Of a DNA stretch of 64,000 bases, positions 19,134-28,316 are shown one piece after another. The notes under the pieces are model-generated. The model searched no databases and was not told where the DNA came from. It saw only the letters and a list, made by a program, of their open reading frames with translations. Within the stretch, counting starts at the first letter, position 1. Every line of letters begins with the position of its first letter. The DNA comes from Candidatus Staskawiczbacteria bacterium. Its GTDB lineage: Bacteria; Patescibacteriota; Minisyncoccia; Minisyncoccales; Staskawiczbacteraceae. The stretch spans positions 12,498 through 76,497 of the forward strand of contig CAVZWH010000024.1 in assembly GCA_963778905.1 (NCBI GenBank), given 5' to 3'. The translations under genes were made by a program, and so were the position numbers.

Positions 19134-20107
19134 GTAAAAAAATAATTATCGCAGTTTTGTTTTTAATAGCTGCTGTTTTAACAGCAGCTATTTGTTATTT
19201 ATTTTTACATAAATTAAATCCAAAAATTGTAAATAAAAAACCTGCGGTTAACGTGTGCTATGCTGTTCCTGAAAAAAATTATGTTCAACTATTGTTTGTT
19301 GGAGATATAATGTTTGATAGAGGAATAAGATATTATGCCCAAAAAAACAACGGAAACGATTTTATCTTTGATAAAATTTCGCAGACGCTTGCAGAAAATG
19401 ATTTAGTTGTTGCAAATCTTGAAGGCCCGATTACGGATAATAAATCAATTAGCGCCGATACAGCTCCCGGAAGCACAGATAATTATTTTTTCACTTTTGA
19501 TCCTGGCGTTGCCAAAACTCTTTTTGAAAAAAATATCAGATTGGTTAATTTGGGAAACAACCATATACTAAATTTTGGAAGCGCCGGATTAAAATCAACG
19601 CAAAAATATTTAGACCAGGCAGATGTTGATTATTTTGGAGCTCCCGGTGGCTTAAGAAGCATAATAAAAAATATTGCTGGATTGAAAATAGCTTTTGTAA
19701 GTTATAATCAGTTTAACGGAGACCGGGCATCAGATGTTGTAAATGAAATTAAAAAAGTAAAATCAGAGGCAGATTTGGCGGTTGTTTTTAGCCATTGGGG
19801 AGTTGAATATAGTTTGGCTCCCACCGATTTAATGAAAAGTTTGGCGCACCAATTTATTGATGCCGGTGCAGATTTGGTTATCGGTTCGCATCCGCACGTG
19901 ATTGAGCCAATGGAAATTTACAATGGAAAAAAAATTTATTATTCTTTGGGAAATTTCATTTTTGACCAATATTTTAACGAAGATGTCCGCAATGGTCTTG
20001 GCGTGGTAGTAAAAATCGATAAAGACACAAAACAGCTGGATTTTTCAGAAAAAAATTTTTATTTGCAAAATAACGGCCAAACAATTGAAAAAACTGCAGA
20101 AAAATGA
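19103..20107 (+). CDS. CapA/PgsA family metallophosphoesterase-like protein
   Basis: FVGDIMFDR, ANLEGP, NLGNNHILNFG, HWGVEY, GSHPHV, YSLGNFIFDQ. Confidence 0.93.
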   Translation: MYFIQNRLPISKKIIIAVLFLIAAVLTAAICYLFLHKLNPKIVNKKPAVNVCYAVPEKNYVQLLFVGDIMFDRGIRYYAQKNNGNDFIFDKISQTLAENDLVVANLEGPITDNKSISADTAPGSTDNYFFTFDPGVAKTLFEKNIRLVNLGNNHILNFGSAGLKSTQKYLDQADVDYFGAPGGLRSIIKNIAGLKIAFVSYNQFNGDRASDVVNEIKKVKSEADLAVVFSHWGVEYSLAPTDLMKSLAHQFIDAGADLVIGSHPHVIEPMEIYNGKKIYYSLGNFIFDQYFNEDVRNGLGVVVKIDKDTKQLDFSEKNFYLQNNGQTIEKTAEK

Positions 20108-20130
20108 TATTATTCAAAAATCATAAACAT

Positions 20131-20201
20131 TCCGGGATCGTCTAATGGTAGGACACGGCCCTTTGGAGGCCGGTATCTTGGTTCGAATCCAAGTCCCGGA
20201 A
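20131..20201 (+). tRNA. tRNA-Gln(UUG)
   Basis: TCCGGGA/TCCCGGA acceptor; CGGCC-CT TTG GA-GGCCG anticodon arm; GGTTCGAATCC T-arm. Confidence 0.95.
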
Positions 20202-20210
20202 CAAATAAAA

Positions 20211-20852
20211 ATGCTGAAAGATTTAGTAAAAAGCTATAAAAAATATCTGGCGAACAAATATTTTGTTTGGTCATCAATTTTTGGTTTGCTTTTTTTAATC
20301 TTTAGTTTAGGCATTAATTTTTTGGCGGCGGCATACGCCACAGAAAAGGCGAGTAGCGCAGTAACAGATATAATTTTAAGCAATATACCAATTTACAATG
20401 TTGCCAACATTTTTGTATACGGGCTACTTGCTTTAATTGTTTTTATAGCTTTTATAACTTTAATCAGGCCTCAAAGAATTCCTTTTATAGCAAAAAGCAC
20501 GGCCACCTTTATTTTAATCCGTTCTATTTTTATAAGTTTGACCCATATCGGGCCATACCAAAATACAATTCCGATAAATGTTGATATTTTGAAAATATTT
20601 ACAACCGGCGGCGATTTATTTTTTTCCGGACACACTGGTTTGCCTTTTTTAATGGCATTGATTTTTTGGCAGAAAAAATTCCTTCGTTATTTATTTATTG
20701 CTCTTTCTGTTGCATTCGGAGCAGTAGCTTTGTTGGGGCACTATCACTATACAATAGATGTTTTATCGGCATTTTTTATAACATACGGCATTTACCATAT
20801 CTGCCTTAAATTTTTTAAGAAAGATTATCAAATTTTTTTGAACGGCACTTAA
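20211..20852 (+). CDS. PAP2-related (sphingomyelin synthase-like) membrane protein
   Basis: DLFFSGHTG and HYHYTIDV motifs; likely start is ATG 20211, after the tRNA. Confidence 0.85.
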   Translation: MLKDLVKSYKKYLANKYFVWSSIFGLLFLIFSLGINFLAAAYATEKASSAVTDIILSNIPIYNVANIFVYGLLALIVFIAFITLIRPQRIPFIAKSTATFILIRSIFISLTHIGPYQNTIPINVDILKIFTTGGDLFFSGHTGLPFLMALIFWQKKFLRYLFIALSVAFGAVALLGHYHYTIDVLSAFFITYGIYHICLKFFKKDYQIFLNGT

Positions 20853-20868
20853 ACTTAAATTATTTTAT

Positions 20869-21456
20869 ATGATTACAATTTTAACTGACGAAAATTTTGA
20901 GGAACAAATAAAAAGCATTGAAAAATTAGTGCTTGTTGATTTTTTTGCAACGTGGTGCGAGCCGTGCTCTGTGCTCGCTCCGATTTTAGAAAAAATTGCA
21001 GAAGAGTTGAAAGAAAAAATTATTTTAATGAAGGCCAATCTTGACGATGTTCCAAAAGCTGCGGGAAAATTTGGAGTTGAAAAAATTCCGACAATAATTT
21101 TATTCAAAAACGGCCAGCCAATTTCAGGACTTGTTGGATTAGCCCCATATTCTTCAATTAAAGAATGGATAGAAAATGCGGAAAAAGAAAACGAACCGGA
21201 TATTAAAGAAATAATAAACAGATATGATAATTATGCAAAATCAAACGGATTTAGATTAAATCCTGACAAAAAAATAGTTGAAAGAGTTGTTAAGGGACTT
21301 TTAGCCAATGAAAAAAAATACGGGAAAAAATATTGTCCATGCAGAAGAATTTCTGGCAACGAAGAAAAAGATTCAGAAAAAATTTGCCCTTGCGCATTTC
21401 ACAAACAAGAAATTGAAAAAGACGGCCATTGTTTGTGCAATTTATATGTAAAATAG
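20869..21456 (+). CDS. Thioredoxin fused to a ferredoxin:thioredoxin reductase catalytic domain
   Basis: VDFFATWCEPC; C-terminal YCPCR...ICPC...GHCLCNLY. Confidence 0.88.
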   Translation: MITILTDENFEEQIKSIEKLVLVDFFATWCEPCSVLAPILEKIAEELKEKIILMKANLDDVPKAAGKFGVEKIPTIILFKNGQPISGLVGLAPYSSIKEWIENAEKENEPDIKEIINRYDNYAKSNGFRLNPDKKIVERVVKGLLANEKKYGKKYCPCRRISGNEEKDSEKICPCAFHKQEIEKDGHCLCNLYVK

Positions 21457-21489
21457 AACAAAATAGACAAATATATCGTATAAATTACA

Positions 21490-23433
21490 ATGGATGGCGA
21501 AATCGCAAACGCTAAAAAACAAAGCGACAGGACAATAAGCTATATAGAGGCCATTTTTTTGCCGCTGATACTGGCGGTCTTGTTTACAATACAAAATCAG
21601 GCATTTAACGGGTGGCTGGGTCTTTATTCAAAAGCATATTCTGTAAGGTTGTCTTTGGTGACTTTTGCGTTGGGAATTATTTTGTACGGTCCTTCTTTGC
21701 TTTTCAAAAAAAGATATAAATATATATATCTTTTTTTGATTTCATTTTTAGTTTTTTTTATTTTTTCTGCCCAATTTTTATATTACAGATATTCGCAAAG
21801 TTTTTTGCAATTTTCAGCAATAAAATATTTAGGCCAGGCAGACAGCGTGGAGGGCACTGTAAAAACTTTGCTTACGCCGGAGTTGCTGCTGTTTTTTAGC
21901 AATGTAATTATAGTTTTAATCGCGCTGATTTTAACATCCAGAAAAAAATATATAGAATTTGTTTTGCCAAAATGGGAAAAAATAATTATTATTTTAGCGA
22001 TGATAATTATGGTGGTTATTGGATATAAATATCTTTTGGACACAGAAAAAAAAGAGTGGGGAAGCACCAGCCGGCTTTATACAGACGTTTATGACTTAAA
22101 AACGCTGGTGGGCAAAATGGGAATTATGAATTTTTTTCTTGAAGATACGTTTAAGTATGTTTTAAGAAGTAATTTAATTTCAGCAGCCGATAAAAATTTT
22201 TTACAAACTTTTGCAAAAAACAGGACAACGCCAGAAACCGGCCAAAAATATTTTGCTTCAGAAAAAGGAAAAAATGTCATAATTATACAGGTGGAATCTT
22301 TGGAAAACGCTGTTATAAATAAAACAATTAATGGTCAGGAAATTACTCCAAACTTAAATCAGTTGGCAAAAAATGGCTTGTATTTTGACAATTATTACAC
22401 TCAAATTGGCCCGGGCAATACTGCTGACGCCGAATTTTCCACAATGGATTCTTTATATCCTTTGCCAGACGACGTGGTTTTTATTGATTATGCAAAAAAT
22501 CAGTACAATGCCTTGCCGCAGCTTCTTGTAAATAGTGGCTATGAAACTTATTCTATGCACGGAGATGTGCCGACATTTTGGAACCGGTCAAATATTTATC
22601 CTAGTTTGGGATACCAAAAAGCTTATGACTTAGACGATTATGTTGTGACAAGGCCGGTTGGCAAGGGTCCGTCTGATTTGGGAGATGAAGATTTATTTTC
22701 GCAGTCTTTGCCAAGATTAAAAAATTTTAAGCAGCCGTTTATGGCAACTTTAATCACAATGAGTTCGCACACCCCGTTTATTTTGCCAGATGATTTGCAG
22801 ACCTTGCAAATTCCGTCTGACACAACTTTGAATTACCAACAGCAGCAATATTTAGAAAGTGTGCACTATACTGACAAAGCAATCGGCGAATTTATAGACG
22901 GATTAAAAAAAGACGGCTTATATAACAATTCTTTAATTTTTATCTGGGGCGACCACGGAAGTTTTACAAATATTTCTTCGGCTTTGGGCCAAGATAAAAA
23001 TACTTTGCCGGAATTAGCTAACAGCCAGGTGCCGATGATTATTTTGGGAACAAATTTAACCGGAACCATAAATACTCCTGGCAGCCATTTGGATATTTAT
23101 CCTACTATTACAAATCTTTTGGGAATTACAGCTCCCAAAACTATTTTAGGCCAAGATTTATTAAACACAAAAGGACCCGCAAGCGGGTACCCCGTTGAAA
23201 CGCATTTTGAACTTGTTTCCGGCGGCATAGATGCTATTCTAACTGCTAATTTGGCGTATCGGGCAAGTGAGGACGGCTTGTTCAAAGACGGTTCTTGCGA
23301 ATCCTGGCCAGACCAAAAATCTCTGCCAATTACTAATTGTCAAAATTTATATAACCAGCAGGCAGAAAACATAAAAGCTTCTAATATTATTATAAGAGGC
23401 AATTTGCTTTATGTACTTGACAAACAAAGATAA
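21490..23433 (+). CDS. LTA synthase family (sulfatase-like) membrane protein
   Basis: 5 TM; IQVESLE, TPNLN, GNTADAEF (catalytic Thr), SHTPF, YTDKAIG, GDHG. Confidence 0.93.
   Translation: MDGEIANAKKQSDRTISYIEAIFLPLILAVLFTIQNQAFNGWLGLYSKAYSVRLSLVTFALGIILYGPSLLFKKRYKYIYLFLISFLVFFIFSAQFLYYRYSQSFLQFSAIKYLGQADSVEGTVKTLLTPELLLFFSNVIIVLIALILTSRKKYIEFVLPKWEKIIIILAMIIMVVIGYKYLLDTEKKEWGSTSRLYTDVYDLKTLVGKMGIMNFFLEDTFKYVLRSNLISAADKNFLQTFAKNRTTPETGQKYFASEKGKNVIIIQVESLENAVINKTINGQEITPNLNQLAKNGLYFDNYYTQIGPGNTADAEFSTMDSLYPLPDDVVFIDYAKNQYNALPQLLVNSGYETYSMHGDVPTFWNRSNIYPSLGYQKAYDLDDYVVTRPVGKGPSDLGDEDLFSQSLPRLKNFKQPFMATLITMSSHTPFILPDDLQTLQIPSDTTLNYQQQQYLESVHYTDKAIGEFIDGLKKDGLYNNSLIFIWGDHGSFTNISSALGQDKNTLPELANSQVPMIILGTNLTGTINTPGSHLDIYPTITNLLGITAPKTILGQDLLNTKGPASGYPVETHFELVSGGIDAILTANLAYRASEDGLFKDGSCESWPDQKSLPITNCQNLYNQQAENIKASNIIIRGNLLYVLDKQR
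23174..23193 (+). repeat. Intragenic micro-palindrome GACCCGCAAGCGGGTACCCC (copy 2)
   Basis: Read directly; same arms as copy 1 with a longer inner hairpin. Confidence 0.75.
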
Positions 23434-23465
23434 AGGGATAAATTGAAAGTGTAATCAAAAAAAAT

Positions 23466-25037
23466 ATGAAAAACACAATTTTCAAACAAATATTTCTTTT
23501 AACTATTTGTTTTTTGCTTCTTTCCGTTGGCACAGCTGTATTTGCTCAAACCGTATCGCAAATTCAGACAAATTCAGCAACAAACATATCCAGCTACCAA
23601 GCAACCTTAAACGGATATTCATCCGGAAGTTCTTATAATACATATGTTTATTTTCAGTGGGGAACAACAAATGGCTATGGCAGCCAAACAAATCAACAAA
23701 ATATAAACTCTGCCGGCTCGTTTATCCAAGTTATCGCAGGTTTATCCGCCAACACCACTTACCATTTTAGAGCAGTTGCGCAAAACAATTACGGAACAGT
23801 TTATGGAAATGACATGACTTTTTACACAAGCGGAACCGGCACAAACACAATAACAGCCAACGCCGGACCAGATTTGTATTTGGGTTCTGGGCAAGCGGCA
23901 ACTTTGCAGGGTTCGGGATACGATCCAAACGGATATTCAATAAATTATTATTGGACATGCAATGGCGGAACTTTATCAAATTACAATATTGCTCAGCCAA
24001 CTTACACAGCTCCCTACGCAATCAATGGCAGCAGCCAAACAACTTATACTTGCACGCTTACAGCTACAAATAGTTATGGAAGTTCAAATTCAGACAGCAT
24101 GATAGTTTATGTAAATTATAATAACAACAATAACAACGGATCTTTTTATGCGCAGACAAATTCAGCAACAAATGTTCAAAATAATCAAGCAACCTTAAAC
24201 GGATATGAAGCCGGCGGCGCAACTTACAATAATTATGTTTGGTTTCAATACGGAACTGACACAAATTATGGAAACAATACAAACCAGCAGACGTTAAATT
24301 ATTCCGGCTCGTTTACCCAAAACATTGCAAACCTTTCTTACAACACCACTTACCATTTTAGAGCAGTTGCAGAAAGCAGTGGTCAAACAGTTTATGGCCA
24401 GGATATGACTTTCAACAGCAACGGCTCAAATAATAATTATTATGGCAATGGATCTTTATCAATTACAAAGCAAGTTATAAATCTTTCTTCTGGAAACTTA
24501 GCTTGGCAGTCATCAGTAAACGCAAAACCTGGCGACGTATTAAGTTTTGCCATAACTTTGCAGGCAACTGGCGGCCAGGAAATTGACAATGTTTTTGTGC
24601 GCGACAATCTGCCCGCAGACCTAATTTACAAAGGAAATATGACCGTAAATGCTTCGCAAAATTATTCGGGAAACCCTGCGTCGGGAATTAACATCGGCAC
24701 AATTCCAGCTGGCGGAATAGAAGTTATTGCTTATCAGGCGCAAGTGGCTCCGGCAGCAAATTTCATTTATGGAACAACAACATTAAGCAACAATGCAACC
24801 ATTACCAGCACAGAAGCGGGAACGCAAACCGCCAGCGCATCAGTTTTTGTGAATAATTCGTTGGTTTACGGAGCAGCAACATCTGTTTCAACCGGCTTAA
24901 CCAACAACCCAATAACAGATTCATTTTTCTTGCCAATGATTTTAATTATTTTTGGCTCTTGGTTTTATTTTTCAGGAAACGTTTACAAATTTTCCGACTG
25001 GCTTGGGTCACGGTTAGGAATTGGAATAAAGTTTTAG
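23466..25037 (+). CDS. Secreted surface protein (2 FN3-like modules, PKD-like and DUF11-like domains) with VSTG-TM tail
   Basis: Signal peptide; two QTNSAT...TTYHFRAVA modules; ANAGPD; tail VYGAATSVSTGLTNN + TM; paralogous to the C-terminal third of 7788..11087. Confidence 0.85.
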   Translation: MKNTIFKQIFLLTICFLLLSVGTAVFAQTVSQIQTNSATNISSYQATLNGYSSGSSYNTYVYFQWGTTNGYGSQTNQQNINSAGSFIQVIAGLSANTTYHFRAVAQNNYGTVYGNDMTFYTSGTGTNTITANAGPDLYLGSGQAATLQGSGYDPNGYSINYYWTCNGGTLSNYNIAQPTYTAPYAINGSSQTTYTCTLTATNSYGSSNSDSMIVYVNYNNNNNNGSFYAQTNSATNVQNNQATLNGYEAGGATYNNYVWFQYGTDTNYGNNTNQQTLNYSGSFTQNIANLSYNTTYHFRAVAESSGQTVYGQDMTFNSNGSNNNYYGNGSLSITKQVINLSSGNLAWQSSVNAKPGDVLSFAITLQATGGQEIDNVFVRDNLPADLIYKGNMTVNASQNYSGNPASGINIGTIPAGGIEVIAYQAQVAPAANFIYGTTTLSNNATITSTEAGTQTASASVFVNNSLVYGAATSVSTGLTNNPITDSFFLPMILIIFGSWFYFSGNVYKFSDWLGSRLGIGIKF

Positions 25038-25277
25038 AAAGAAAAAAACGAGATGATTTCAAGGCGCAGCAAGGAGGTTGTATCCTCTGGATACGCCGAC
25101 GAAGCTGCAACGAAGAAATCGCTCGTTTTTTTCTTTCCCTTCGGGCGGGCGAATTAAGGCAATCTTCTTCGTTGCTTCGGAGCTCGCGTACCACAGAGGG
25201 TACAACTCGCTCCTCGCGCCTCGAAGATTGCCTTAATTCGCTTCCGCTAAAATTATTCCAATTCCTAACCGTGACCC
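25005..25277. mobile_element. MITE-like non-autonomous element with 25-bp perfect terminal inverted repeats
   Basis: GGGTCACGGTTAGGAATTGGAATAA (25005-25029) / TTATTCCAATTCCTAACCGTGACCC (25253-25277); two long internal GC-rich hairpins; no transposase. Confidence 0.8.
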
Positions 25278-25298
25278 TGAAAATACATTTAATCAATA

Positions 25299-25335
25299 AA
25301 ACAAAAAAGAGTTATTAAATAACTCTTTTTTGTTT
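25299..25335. terminator. Hairpin/terminator
   Basis: AAACAAAAAAGAGTTAT-taa-ATAACTCTTTTTTGTTT. Confidence 0.65.
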
Positions 25336-25362
25336 CTAAAAAATTTGATAATATAGATAAAT

Positions 25363-28278
25363 ATGCCATTAGATTTATCCAAATTAAATGAGGAGCAAAA
25401 AGAGGCTGTGCTTTACGACAAAGGCCCGCTTTTGATTGTTGCCGGAGCCGGAACCGGAAAAACAACTGTTATCACACAGAGAATTGTGAATTTAATTGAA
25501 AAAAAATTAGTGGCGCCAGAAGAAATTTTGGCTGTAACTTTTACCGAAAAAGCTGCTTTTGAAATGGAAGAAAGAGTGGATAAATTACTGGATTTTGGAT
25601 ATATTGATTTGTGGATTTCAACTTTTCATTCTTTTTGCGAAAGAGTTTTGCGCGAAAATGCTTTAGATATTGGCTTGCCGAGCGATTTCAAAATTTTAGA
25701 CCAAACTTCCGGCTGGCTTTTAGCCCGGCAAAATTTAGACAAGTTTGATCTAAAATATTACAAAGCATTGGGAAATCCCACAAAATTTATTCAGGCATTA
25801 ATTTCTCATTTTTCTCATTGCAAAGACCAGGAAGTTTATCCAGAAAATTATTTAGAATATGCCGACACCTTAAAAACAAGAGATGACGGTTTAGAAGACG
25901 GAGAAACAGAAAGAATTATGGAAGTCGCAAATGCATATCACGTTTATCAGCAAATTTTATTGGAAAACAGCGCATTGGATTTTGGAGATTTAATAAATTA
26001 TTGCCTAAAACTTTTCAAAAAACGCCCATTAATTCTAAAAAAATATCGTGAAAAATTTAAATATATTTTGGTTGACGAATTTCAGGATACAAACTGGTCG
26101 CAATATGAATTGATAAAATTGTTGGCGGAGCCTAAAAATAATTTAACAGTTTGCGCCGATGACGACCAGGCGATTTATCGCTGGAGAGGAGCTTCTTTTT
26201 CAAATATTGTAAAATTTCAGGAAGATTTTCCAAATGCAAAACAAATTTCTTTAATTAAAAATTATAGGTCTTCGCAAAACATTTTAGACAAGTCATATGA
26301 TTTTATAATACAAAATAATCCCGACAGATTGGAATTTAGAAACAAAATAAATAAAAAACTTGTGGCAAATACAAAAGAAGAGGGGATTGTTGAACATATT
26401 CACGAGAAAACCTTAGACCAGGAAGTTGGTCAAACCTTAAAAAAGATTTTAGAAATTATAAAGCGCGACAAAGAAGCAACTTACAATGATTTTGCAATTT
26501 TAGTAAGGGCAAACGATTCGGCAATTCCGTTTATTAAGGCATTAGAAAGGGCAAATTTACCTTATCAATTTTTAGCTTCGCGCGGATTATACTCAAAACC
26601 AGTAATTTTGGATATAATTTCTTATTTTAAGCTGTTAGACAATTATCACGAAGGAACTGCGGTTTACAGAGTTTTGAATTTGCCATTTTTGGGGATTTCA
26701 GAAACAGACATCGCAACAATTACTCAATTTTGCCGCAGAAAAACAATTTCACTTTTTGATGCGTTGCAGCAGTTATCAATAATTCCCGGAATTTCCGCCA
26801 AAACAAAAGAAAAAGTTGTTTTTGTGTTAAGCTTAATAAAAAAACACAGCGGGGATGCGCGAGAAAAAGGAGTTTCAGAAATTTTAATTGCATTTTTGGA
26901 GGATTCTGGATACTTAAAATATTTAATCAATAAAAATGAAATAGAAAAAATTGATTTGTTAAATCAGTTTTACAAAAAAATAAAAACTTTTGAAGAAGCA
27001 ACAATTGAACCGACTTTGAAAAATTTTATGGAGGAAATGAATTTGGAATTGGAATCTGGCGAAGAAGGAAAACTGGAATTTGACCCTGAAAAAGGTCCCG
27101 ATATGATAAAAGTTATGACAATTCACGGAGCAAAAGGTTTGGAATTTAAGTACGTATTTTTAGTAAATATGGTTGATAAAAGATTTCCAACCATTGAAAG
27201 AAAAGATCCAATTGAACTGCCCGATGAGCTAATAAAAGATATAAAACCAAAAGGAGATGTTCATTTGCAGGAAGAGAGGCGGCTTTGTTATGTGGCAATG
27301 ACCAGAGCAAAAAAAGAACTCTATTTTACTTCAGCTGACGATTACGGCGGACAAAGAAAGAAAAAAATATCAAGATTTTTGTCAGAAATGAATTATAAAT
27401 CAGCTGACGAAAGTAAACCAAGTGAAAATGGATTATTAGCCGAAAAATTAAATCCAGCCGAAAGATTAAAGAAAAAAACAGAGCCGCAATATCTGCCTCA
27501 ACATTTTTCTTATTCCCAATTGGCTGCATTTGAAAAATGTCCGCTGCAATATAAATTTGGATTTATTTTGAAAGTGCCGACCCGAGGCAAAGCAGTTTTC
27601 TCTTTTGGAAAAACAATGCACAATACTTTGTACGAATTTTTGAAATTGAGTAATGAAGATAAAAAATCAGCGCAAGAAAATTTATTTGGAGAAAAAACAG
27701 CAAAAAACAGCAATAAAAAAAGTAAAAATTTTGACGAATTAACAAAATTATACGAAAAAAACTGGATTGATGAATGGTACGAAAATCAAAAACAAAAAGA
27801 TGATTATTATAAGTTGGGCAAAAGAATAATAAAGGAATTTTACAGCCAGTTTGAGAAAAATCCGCCAAAAATTTTGAAAATTAATGGAAGCCTGGCTTTA
27901 GAAATGCCGTTTAACTTAAAAATTGGCGAGCACACATTGTTTGGAGTTATTGACAGAATTGATGAGGAAAAAAACGGAGTTTTTATTATTGATTACAAAA
28001 CCGGCTCGTCAAAAGAAAAACCGGAAAAAGAACAGCTTTTAATTTACCAAATAGCAGCCCAGGAAGTTTTGCACTTAAAGCCTAAACAGCTTGCGTATTA
28101 TTATTTAGAAGACGGAAAATTTGCTTCATTTTTAGGTTCAGAAAGCGATTTGCAAAAACAAAAAGAAAAAATAATTGAGGAAATTGAGAAAATAAAAAAC
28201 AGCGAATTTGAGCCAACGCCCGGCTGGCAGTGCCAGTACTGCGATTTCAAAGACATCTGCGACTTTGCTCAACGCTAA
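25363..28278 (+). CDS. UvrD/PcrA-family helicase fused to a PD-(D/E)XK nuclease with 4-Cys Fe-S motif
   Basis: AGAGTGKT, VDEFQD, DDDQAIYRWRGA, TIHGAKGLEF, EERRLCYVAMTRA; GVIDRID..IIDYKTG; CPLQY...CQYCDFKDIC. Confidence 0.93.
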   Translation: MPLDLSKLNEEQKEAVLYDKGPLLIVAGAGTGKTTVITQRIVNLIEKKLVAPEEILAVTFTEKAAFEMEERVDKLLDFGYIDLWISTFHSFCERVLRENALDIGLPSDFKILDQTSGWLLARQNLDKFDLKYYKALGNPTKFIQALISHFSHCKDQEVYPENYLEYADTLKTRDDGLEDGETERIMEVANAYHVYQQILLENSALDFGDLINYCLKLFKKRPLILKKYREKFKYILVDEFQDTNWSQYELIKLLAEPKNNLTVCADDDQAIYRWRGASFSNIVKFQEDFPNAKQISLIKNYRSSQNILDKSYDFIIQNNPDRLEFRNKINKKLVANTKEEGIVEHIHEKTLDQEVGQTLKKILEIIKRDKEATYNDFAILVRANDSAIPFIKALERANLPYQFLASRGLYSKPVILDIISYFKLLDNYHEGTAVYRVLNLPFLGISETDIATITQFCRRKTISLFDALQQLSIIPGISAKTKEKVVFVLSLIKKHSGDAREKGVSEILIAFLEDSGYLKYLINKNEIEKIDLLNQFYKKIKTFEEATIEPTLKNFMEEMNLELESGEEGKLEFDPEKGPDMIKVMTIHGAKGLEFKYVFLVNMVDKRFPTIERKDPIELPDELIKDIKPKGDVHLQEERRLCYVAMTRAKKELYFTSADDYGGQRKKKISRFLSEMNYKSADESKPSENGLLAEKLNPAERLKKKTEPQYLPQHFSYSQLAAFEKCPLQYKFGFILKVPTRGKAVFSFGKTMHNTLYEFLKLSNEDKKSAQENLFGEKTAKNSNKKSKNFDELTKLYEKNWIDEWYENQKQKDDYYKLGKRIIKEFYSQFEKNPPKILKINGSLALEMPFNLKIGEHTLFGVIDRIDEEKNGVFIIDYKTGSSKEKPEKEQLLIYQIAAQEVLHLKPKQLAYYYLEDGKFASFLGSESDLQKQKEKIIEEIEKIKNSEFEPTPGWQCQYCDFKDICDFAQR

Positions 28279-28284
28279 ACATTA

Positions 28285-28312
28285 AAAAAATCGCCTCAAC
28301 AGGCGATTTTTT
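28285..28312. terminator. Bidirectional terminator
   Basis: AAAAAATCGCCT-caac-AGGCGATTTTTT between convergent genes. Confidence 0.85.
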
Positions 28313-28316
28313 ATTT

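Noticed and set aside
20145-20210. N-terminal extension of the PAP2 ORF in the ORF track
   Set aside because: It overlaps tRNA-Gln; ATG 20211 is the more plausible start.
24946-25318. ORFs 24946-25296 (-) and 24959-25318 (+)
   Set aside because: Both are read-throughs of the palindromic MITE-like element and share mirrored peptides (VTVRNWN, ELRQSS, EDCLNS).
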